Source: Anaeramoeba ignava BMAN (Eukaryota; Protista; Anaeramoebae). Taken from it: DNA of 64,000 nucleotides. The notes beneath the pieces were generated by a model. That model was not told the origin of the DNA, did not search any database, and was given only the letters and a program-made list of their open reading frames with translations. Location: positions 1 to 64,000 of the forward strand of contig JAPDFW010000063.1 of assembly GCA_028826165.1 (NCBI GenBank). The letters are read 5' to 3'. Every line of letters starts with the position of its first letter. The first letter of the stretch is position 1. Both the position numbers and the translations under genes were made by a program. Below are positions 53,083 to 62,310 of the stretch, piece after piece.

Positions 53083-53314
53083 TTAGATAATTTTTATTTG
53101 AAAAGAAAAAAAAAAGAATAAAAAATGAAAAAATAAAAAATGAAAAAAAAAATATTTTGGAAATTATTTTTTGTGTTGATTTTTTCTTTTCTTCTTCTCT
53201 TGTAAAAGTCAAAAATAAAGGGGAGTTTAAAAGAAAAAGAAAAAGAAAAAGAAAAAAAGATCATTTCTTTCTTCCAAATTTTTTTTTATTTTTATTATTT
53301 TTTTTTTTTTCTTT

Positions 53315-54133
53315 TCAGATTTTTTTGCTAATTTTATTTGGATTGATCACAAAAGGTTGGAATTGATTTGAAAGAATTTGAACAATTTTTTCAATTTCTT
53401 TTTCATCAAATCCTTCAATAGTAATTGCGACTTTGAAACCTTGTTCTTTATAATTTAATTGAGGATAACTTCCAATTTTCACAGACGGATAATCAGCCTG
53501 TGTTTGACTGAGAAAGTCGCAAAAATCCTCTTCAAACAAATCTAAGTAGATTGTTTGAGTTTTTAAAACTTTTCCTTTTTGGATATTTTTAATGAAATTA
53601 ACCAACGCGTCATGGAATTGAATTGTATTTCCAGGAAGAAAATGAATGTTTCCAATAGATTTTAAAGTTTGGGTTGGTTTTTTTTCATTTTGGCTATTTT
53701 TTGGAGAATCAGAAAAAGCTTGAGTTTTATTATTAAAGGTTGTCAAATTTTTTTGGTGAATATTGTATAATTCATCTGACATGTCTTTTGGCGAGATTAC
53801 TGATGCGAATATGTAATCGTAGTTTTGGGACAACCTTTTTGTTACATCCACAATATCTTTTTCAATATATCGAACAATTTCGATACGCTTCATCTGTAAG
53901 CCATGACCTCCAATAATTTGTGAAAGAGGTTTAGCCAAATCATTTTCAACTTCTCCATCAAGAACTTGGTCGGAAACAAAAACAGCTGCGACTGTTTTAT
54001 TGATATTTGGAGGCAAATCTGATTTTTCGATGATTGTTGATTTGAACAAGCAGTCTTGTTTGAATTTTTGTTGGAGTGGGAGAATATATATAAAAGAATT
54101 TTTCAATGAATTATTTAAACGATTTGATAACAT
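53315..54133 (-). CDS. Divergent molybdopterin-binding-fold (COG1058/CinA/FLAD1 N-terminal-like) protein with a possible organelle presequence
   Basis: TVAAVFVSDQVLDGEV...HGLQMKRIEIV aligns with TAxIxxIGDEILxG...GxxVxRxxVVxD; NIHFLPG; EEDFCDFL...Q..YPSVKIGSYP; N-terminus MLSNRLNNSLKNSF. Confidence 0.7.
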   Translation of the reverse strand: MLSNRLNNSLKNSFIYILPLQQKFKQDCLFKSTIIEKSDLPPNINKTVAAVFVSDQVLDGEVENDLAKPLSQIIGGHGLQMKRIEIVRYIEKDIVDVTKRLSQNYDYIFASVISPKDMSDELYNIHQKNLTTFNNKTQAFSDSPKNSQNEKKPTQTLKSIGNIHFLPGNTIQFHDALVNFIKNIQKGKVLKTQTIYLDLFEEDFCDFLSQTQADYPSVKIGSYPQLNYKEQGFKVAITIEGFDEKEIEKIVQILSNQFQPFVINPNKISKKI

Positions 54134-54232
54134 TATTACTATGAAAAATGAAAAAAATGAAAAATTTTTTTTCTTTCATTTTTTCATTTTTTCCTTTTTT
54201 TTTTTTTTTTTCTTTGTAATTTTTTCTTTCTA
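54134..54232. promoter_or_regulatory. Second compact bidirectional promoter with mirror-image TCATTTTT repeats
   Basis: 99 bp between divergent ATGs (54133 on -, 54233 on +): ATGAAAAATGAAAAAAATGAAAAA followed by TTTCATTTTTTCATTTTTT. Confidence 0.6.
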
Positions 54233-54759
54233 ATGAACAAATTTCGATTTAAATGCACTTTTTCGAATGATGTTCGAAGATTTTCTATTTATGAAACGCA
54301 AGTATCAAAACCTTATTCAACACTTTTAGCAACAATTTGTGAAATTTATCAATTAGATCCTTCAGTTATAAATACAATTAAATATCATGATGGAGATGAT
54401 TGGATCAATATTAGGAATACCAAAGATTTAGAAAGTGCACGTGAATTTTTTATTGAGCAACAAAATTTAGAAAATTCCAAAGATGGACATACGATCCACA
54501 TTTTTGTTGAAAGTAAAAAATTTAAATTTTCATTTTTAATTTTTAATTTTTATTTTTTTTTCATTTCATTTCATTTCAAGTTAATAAACAAATTGAACCA
54601 GATGATTTATTAAATGAAAAGATTTCAAAATCAGAATTTAAAACTCAAATGATGGAAATTAAAGACAAACAATTATTAACACTTGATAATTTTGAAGTTT
54701 TTGAAACATTATTAACAGATTTTAAAGGAGATCTTTTCAAAGTTTTTGAACAAATTTAA
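54233..54759 (+). CDS. Small PB1-domain protein with a UBA-like C-terminal helical domain (intron 54513-54580)
   Basis: PB1: RFKCTFSNDVRRF...IKYHDGDDWINIRNTKDLESA (basic Lys plus OPCA acidic motif). Exon 2: EFKTQMMEIKDKQLLTLDNFEVFETLLTDFKGDLFKVFEQI*. Confidence 0.75.
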
Positions 54760-56350
54760 AATCTAAATTTAAAAAGAAATTTATAATGAAATTTATAAAT
54801 TTAAAAAGAAATTTAAAAAGAAATTTAAAATGAAATTTATAAAGAAATTTAAAATCTAAATTTATAATGAAATTTATAATGAAATTTAAAATCTAAATTT
54901 ATAAAGAAATTTAAAATGAAATTTAAAATGAAATTTAAAATGAAATTTATAATGAAATTTATAATGAAATTTATAAAGAAATTTATAATGAAATTTATAA
55001 TGAAATTTATAAATTTATAATGAAATTTATAATGAAATTTAAAATGAAATTTATAATTAAATTTATAATGAAATTTATAATGAAATTTATAATGAAGTTT
55101 ATAATGAAATTTATAATGAAATTTATAATGAAATTTATAATGAAATTTATAATGAAATTTATAATGAAATTTAAAATCTAAATTTAAAATGAAATTTATA
55201 ATGAAATTTATAATGAAATTTATAATGAAATTTATAATGAAATTTATAATGAAATTTATAATGAAGTTTATAATGAAATTTATAATGAAATTTATAATGA
55301 AATTTATAATGAAATTTATAATGAAATTTAAAATCTAAATTTAAAATGAAATTTATAATGAAAATTATAAAGAAATTTATAAAGAAATTTATAATGAAAT
55401 TTAAAATCTAAATTTAAAATGAAATTTATAAAGAAATTTAAAATGAAATTTATAATGAAATTTAAAATGAAATTTAAAATGAAATTTATAATGAAAATTA
55501 TAAAGAAATTTATAATTAAATTTATAATGAAATTTATAATGAAATTTAAAATGAAATTTAAAATGAAAATTATAAAGAAATTTATAATGAAATTTATAAT
55601 GAAATTTATAATGAAATTTAAAATGAAAATTTAAATGAAATTTATAATGAAATTTATAATGAAATTTAAAATGAAATTTATAATGAAATTTAAAATGAAA
55701 TTTAAAATGAAATTTATAATGAAATTTAAAATGAAATTTAAAAAGAAATTTAAAAATGAAATTTATAAAGAAATTTATAATGAAATTTAAAATCTAAATT
55801 TAAAAGAAATTTAAAATGAAATTTAAAATGAAATTTATAATGAAATTTAAAATGAAATTTATAATGAAATTTATAAATATAAATCTAAATCTAATTCAAA
55901 ATCAAATTTATAATTAAATTTAAAATGAAATTTATAATAAAATTTATAATGAAATTTATAATGAAATTTATAATGAAATTTATAATGAAATTTATAAATA
56001 TAAATCTAAATCTAAATCAAAAATCTAAATCAAAATCTAAATCAAAATCTAGATCAAAATATAAATTTAAATCAAAATATAAATATAAATATAAATCTAA
56101 ATCTAAATATAAATATAAATTCAAAATTTAAATTCAAAATTAAAATCAAAATCAAAATATAAATATAAATATAAATTTAAATCAAAATATAAATCTAAAT
56201 CTAAATCTAAATCTAAATCTAAATCTAAATCTAAATCTAAATCTAAATATAAATCTAAATCTAAATCTAAATCTAAATCTAAATCTAAATCTAAATCAAA
56301 ATATAAATATAAATTCAAAATTTAAATTCAAAATTAAAATCAAAATCTAA
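54760..56350 (+). repeat. GAAATTTATAAT 12-mer array followed by AAATCT/AAATAT hexamers
   Basis: Immediately downstream of the PB1 gene stop. Confidence 0.9.
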
Positions 56351-56460
56351 TTTAAATTTTTTTATCCAGATCGTTTAAAAGAATAAAATTTTTTTTTGAT
56401 TTTTTTCATTTTTCATTTTTCATTTTTTCATTTTTTTATTTTGTTGTTTTTTAAATAAAA

Positions 56461-57381
56461 ATGAGTGAAAATTTTAACGAATATCAAAAAAATCCTAAAA
56501 CAGTTGGAGTTTTTACAATTAAACAAATTAAAACAACACCAACATTTAAAATTGATGGAATTCTTCGAGAAAATGTAGTTATTGTAGGATTTATTATTTC
56601 GGTTGAAAGTAATCCAAGTTCAACTAAATTAACAATAAGTGATGGAACAGAAAAAATAACTGTGAATTATTTACAATCAGATGAACAAATATCATTTTCT
56701 ATTGGAACTTATATTAGAGTAGTTGGAAAATTACAAATGAGTTTAGGTCAAATTACAATATCAGCATTTCGAATTGAAGCAATAAAAGATCCAAATGAAA
56801 TTACTTCTCATTTTTTAGAAGTAATAGCTTGTCATTTATATGCAACAAGAGGATCACCAAATCAATATCAAAATCAAAATCAAAATCAATATCAAAATCA
56901 AAATCAAAATCAAAATCAAAATCAAAATCAAAATCAAAATCAAAATCAAAATCCAAATCAAAATCAAAATCAGAATCAAAACCAAAATCAATATCAAAAT
57001 CAAAATCAAAATCAAAATCAAAATCAATATCAAAATCAAAATCAAAATCAAAATCAATATCAAAATCAATATCAAAATCAAAACCAAAATCAATATCAAA
57101 ATCAATATCAAAACCAAAATCAAAATCAATATGAAAACGAAAATAATGAAGTAATTCAAAAATTTTCACAAATCCAAGTCGAAAATTCTCAAACAAATCT
57201 TGTTGATATGATTGTACAACTTGTTGGAAGTTCTCAAAGTGAAGATGGAATTTCTTTTGAACAAATTTATTCTACTTTTCAAAATTATGTTTCAAAAGAA
57301 GAACTTAAGCAAATCTTGAAAAAATTTTGTGATGATGGAGATATGTATCAACCTCATTCAAATTCTTATACAAAAGTTTAA
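56461..57381 (+). CDS. RPA2: Replication protein A 32-kDa subunit (OB fold, QN/QY linker, winged helix)
   Basis: TIKQI...FKIDG....VVIVG.I......ISDGT..I...GTYIRVVGKL.......AF.I..I.DPNEITSHFLEVI..HL; C-terminal GIS...I...L...G.MY. Confidence 0.9.
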   Translation: MSENFNEYQKNPKTVGVFTIKQIKTTPTFKIDGILRENVVIVGFIISVESNPSSTKLTISDGTEKITVNYLQSDEQISFSIGTYIRVVGKLQMSLGQITISAFRIEAIKDPNEITSHFLEVIACHLYATRGSPNQYQNQNQNQYQNQNQNQNQNQNQNQNQNQNPNQNQNQNQNQNQYQNQNQNQNQNQYQNQNQNQNQYQNQYQNQNQNQYQNQYQNQNQNQYENENNEVIQKFSQIQVENSQTNLVDMIVQLVGSSQSEDGISFEQIYSTFQNYVSKEELKQILKKFCDDGDMYQPHSNSYTKV

Positions 57382-57481
57382 AAACAAAAATCAATCAAAA
57401 TTTCCTTCTTCTTTTTCTTTTTTTTTTTTCTTTTAAAAGAAAAACAAATTCTTTTCCAAAAATAAAATGAAATTTTCCTTT

Positions 57482-60480
57482 TTATTTTTTTAAATTTAAA
57501 GAAAATCCAAAACTCATTGCTGCTAATTTTCCATCAATTACGAATCCTTTTTCTTCAAAGTTTTTAAGTTCTTCTTCTAATTTATTTATTGGAATTTTAT
57601 AAACTTTAATATCTTCATCATCTTGAAGGTTTTGTTTTGGATTTTTATTTTCTTCTAATTCTAAATCAATTTCCATATGAACAAATGCACAATGAGAATT
57701 TGTCATTGCTGGTTCATAAGCAACTTTTTATATTCAATTTTTTATTATAAATTTGATTATAAATTTTAATATAAATATTATTATAAATTTTATTATAAAT
57801 TTTATTATAAATTTTATTATAAATTTGTTTATAAATTTTAATATAAATTTGTTTATAAATTTTAATATAAATTTTATTATAAATTTGATTATAAATTTGA
57901 TTATAAATTTTAATATAAATTTTAATATAAATTTTATTATAAATTTTATTATAAATTTTATTATAAATTTTATTATAAATTTTATTATAAATTTTATTAT
58001 AAATTTTATTATAAATTTTATTATAAATTTTATTATAAATTTTATTATAAATTTTATTATAAATTTGATTATAAATTTTATTATAAGTTTGATTATAAAT
58101 TTTAAATTAAATTTCATTTTAAATTTTATTATAAATTTTAATTGATTATAAATTTTAATATAAATTTTTAATATAAATTTTAATATAAATTTTAATATAA
58201 ATTTTAATATAAATTTTAAATTAAATTTTAATATAAATTTAAATTTTATAAATTTTATTATAAATTTTAATATAAATTTAAATATAAATATTAATATAAA
58301 TTTTTAATATAAATTTTAATATAAATTTTATTATAAATTTTATTATAAATTTTATTATATAAATTTTAATATATAAATTTGATTATAAATTTTAATATAA
58401 ATTTTAATATAAATTTGTTTTATAAATTTTATTATATAATTTGATTATAAATTTTTTATAAATTATAAATTTTAATATAAATTTTATTATAAAATAAATT
58501 GTTTATAAATTTTATTATAAATTTTATTATAAATTTTTATAAATTTTTATTATAATTTTATTATAAATTTTATTATAAATTTGGTTATAAATTTTAATAT
58601 AAATTTTAATATAAATTGATTATAAATTTTATTATAAATTTGATTATAAATTTTATTATAAATTTTAATATAAATTTTAATATAAATTTTATTATAAATT
58701 TTATTATAAATTTTATTATAAATTTGTTTATAAATTTGTTTATAAATATGATTATAAATTTTAATATAAATTTTATTATAAATTTTATTATAAATTTGAT
58801 TATAAATTTGATTATAAATTTGATTATAAATTTTAATATAAAGTTTGATTATAAATTTTTAATATAAATTTTAATTATAAATTTTTATTATAAATTTTAT
58901 TATAAATTTTATTATAAATTTGTTTATAAATTTTATTATAAATTTGATTATAAATTTTAATATAAATTTTATTATAAATTTTATTATAAATTTTATTATA
59001 AATTTTTTTAAATTTTATTATAAATTTTATTATAAATTTTAATATAAATTTTATTATAAATTTTATTATAAATTTTATTATAAATTTTATTATAAATTTT
59101 ATTATAAATTTTATTATAAATTTTATTATAAATTTGATTATAAATTTGATTATAAATTTTTTATTATAAATTTTTATTATAAATTTTAATTATAAATTTT
59201 AATATAAATTTTATAAATTTTAATATAAATTTTATTATAAGTTTGATTATAAATTTGATTATAAATTTGATTATAAATTTTAATATAAATTTTATTATAA
59301 ATTTTAATATAAATTTGGTTATAAATTTTAATATAAATTTGATTATAAATTTTATTATAAATTTGATTATAAATTTGATTATAAATTTGATTATAAATTT
59401 GATTATAAATTTGATTATAAATTTTATTATAAATTTTATTATAAATTTTATTATAAATTTGATTATAAATTTTAATATAAATTTTATTATAAATTTGATT
59501 ATAAATTTGATTATAAATTTGATTATAAATTTGTTTATAAATTTTAATATAAATTTTAATATAAATTTGTTTATAAATTTTATTATAAATTTTTAATATA
59601 AATTTTATTATAAATTTTATTATAAATTTGTTTATAAATTTTATTATAAATTTGATTATAAATTTGTTAATAAATTTGATTATAAATTTGATTATAAATT
59701 TGATTATAAATTTGATTATAAATTTTATTATAAATTTTAATATAAATTTTAATATAAATTTTATTATAAATTTTAATATAAATTTTATTATAAATATGAT
59801 TAAATTTTAATATAAATTTGATTATAAATTTGTTTATAAATTTTAATATAAATTTGTTTATAAATTTGTTTATAAATTTGTTTATAAATTTTAATATAAA
59901 TTTGTTTATAAATTTGTTTATAAATTTTAATATAAATTTGTTTATAAATTTGTTTATAAATTTTAATATAAATTTGTTTATAAATTTGGTTATAAATTTG
60001 TTTATAAATTTTAATATAAATTTTAATATAAATTTGATTATAAATTTGCGTTAAAATCTGGATTATAAATAAAAGATTAGATAATAAATGTACCAGGTTT
60101 GCTAACAGAAATAATATTTCCAATAAAACCACTAAAAAATAAAAAGAAAAGAAAATAAAAAGAAAAGAAAAATAAAAAAAGGAAAAAATTTAATACGTTT
60201 CTTCTTTAAGTTCTCTTAAAGCTGCTTGAGAAGGAGATTCACCTTCATCAACAAGACCAGCAGGAAATTCAATAGCATGTTTATTAACAGGATATCTTAA
60301 TTGAGAAATTAAAATTAATTCATTTGTTTGTTTTATAAAAGCAATCATTTCAACAGCATCAACTTCTTTATGAAAAGCTCTTTCAACAAGTTCCCATTTA
60401 TCTATTTTATTCTCTTTTGTTTTAAATGGTATTTCCATTAATTTTAACCATTTTCCTTTTCCAATTAATTTTGGTTCCAT
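57482..60480 (-). CDS. NUDT5: Nudix hydrolase, ADP-ribose pyrophosphatase (NUDT5-like); exons 60480-60197, 60131-60094, 57723-57482
   Basis: GKWLKL, WE.VER, VDAV, Q.RYPV....IEFPAGLVDEGES...AALRELKEET|G (Nudix box completed by splicing), AYEPAMTN, PKQNL.D.E.I.V. Confidence 0.88.
57740..60045 (-). repeat. Intronic 12-bp minisatellite (sense AAAATTTATAAT/CAAATTTATAAT/AAAATTTATATT)
   Basis: Fills the 2.37-kb intron of the Nudix gene. Confidence 0.93.
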
Positions 60481-60791
60481 TTAAAATTATGTTCAAAAAA
60501 AAAATGATTTTATTTTTATTTTTTTTATTTACAAATAATTTTTTTTATTTATTACTCATTTTTATTTGAAAATTATTAATAATTATGAAAAGAAAAAAAA
60601 TTTTTTTATTTTTTTTTAATTTTTTTTTTCATTTTTTTTCTTTTCTATTCTTTGTAAAAATTAAAGGTTTTATAAAAAATAATAATAAAAATATTTTCAT
60701 TTTAAAAATATAAATTAATTTAATAATTATTTATAAATACAAATATAAATATAAATTAATTTAATAATTATTTTATTAATAATATCAGAAA

Positions 60792-62116
60792 ATGGATCTT
60801 TATCAAGCAAGAACAAAAGGTGGATTTGGTGTTAAAGATGTTTCAGCAGCAAAATTTATTGCAGTTTATTCACAACATTTAAAAAATTCTGGACAAATTC
60901 AACTTCCAAAATGGGTTTCATTAGTTAAAACAAACAAAGCAAAAGAACTTCCTCCAAATGATCCAGATTGGTTTTACATTAGATTAGGTAAAATTAAAAT
61001 TAAAACTCATTTATAAAATCAAAATTCATTTATAAATTAAAATTCATTTATAAATTAAAATTAAAATTAAAATTAAAATCAAAATTAAAATTAAAACTAA
61101 AATTAAAATTCAAATTCATTTATAAATTAAAATTCATTTATAAATCAAAATTAAAACTAAAATTAAAATTCAAATTCATTTATAAAATTAAAACTCATTT
61201 ATAAATTAAAATTCATTTATAAATCAAAATTCATTTATAAATTAAAATTCATTTATAAATCAAAATTCATTTATAAATTAAAATTAAAATTAAAATTAAA
61301 ATTAAAATTAAAATTAAAATTAAAATTAAAATTAAAATTAAAATTAAAAATTAAAATTAAAATTAAAATTAAAATTAAAAATTAAAATTAAAATTAAAAT
61401 TAAAATTAAAATTCATTTGAAAATGAAAATTAAAAATTAAAATTAAAATTAAAATTAAAATTAAAATTAAAATTAAAATTAAAATTCAAATTCATTTATA
61501 AAATTAAAATTAAAATTAAAATTCATTTATAAAATTAAAATTAAAATTATAAAATTAAAATTCATTTATAAAATTAAAATTCATTTATAAAATTAAAATT
61601 CATTTATAAATCAAAATTAAAACTCATTTATAAATTAAAATTAAAACTCATTTATAAAATCAAAATTAAAATTAAAATTAAAATCAAAATTAAAATTAAA
61701 ATTAAAATTAAAATTAAAATTCATTTTGAAAATTAAAATTAAAATCAAAATCAAAATCAAAATTAAAAATTAAAATAGCTTCAATTGCTAGAAAATTATA
61801 TTTAAGACCAAATCATGGAGTTAGAAGAATGAAAAAAGTATATTCATCAAAACAAAGAAGAGGTTCAAAACCAGGAAGATATAGTAAAGGAAGTGGAGCA
61901 ATTATTAGATATGCAGTCCAACAACTTCAAAAACTTGAAATACTTGAACTTAATAAAGAAAAAGGAGCAAGAAATTTAACAAAAAAAGGAAGAAAAGAAT
62001 TAGATTTAATTGCAAGACAAGTTGCTGTTGGTCATATTAAACAAGAACCAAAAGAAGTTGATGAATTAAAAACTAATCAAGAAGATAATCAAGAAAATGA
62101 TGAAAAAGATATCTAA
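60792..62116 (+). CDS. RPS19: 40S ribosomal protein S19 (eS19); intron 60988-61778
   Basis: VKDV.A.KFI..YS.HLK.SG...LPKWV..VKT...KELPP.DPDWFYIR|ASIARKLY.R...GV..M.KVY....RRGSKP....GSG.IIR...QQL..L. Confidence 0.96.
60990..61775 (+). repeat. Intronic AAAATT and AAAATTCATTTATA array
   Basis: Fills the RPS19 intron; the same ATTCATTTATAAAATT unit occurs in sense orientation in both CLPTM1 introns. Confidence 0.9.
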
Positions 62117-62310
62117 AAAAAATACCTTTTTTTTCTTTATTTTTCTTCAATTCATCTTTAATTTTTCATAGAATATTTTCCTCAAAACAAAATGGTTTCT
62201 TTCTTTCTTTCCTTCTTTCTGCTTTTTCATTTGATTTTCTTTCAAAAAAAAAACTCACAATAAACTAAAAACAATTTTTTATTTTTCATTTTTTTTCTTT
62301 TCAAAAATGA

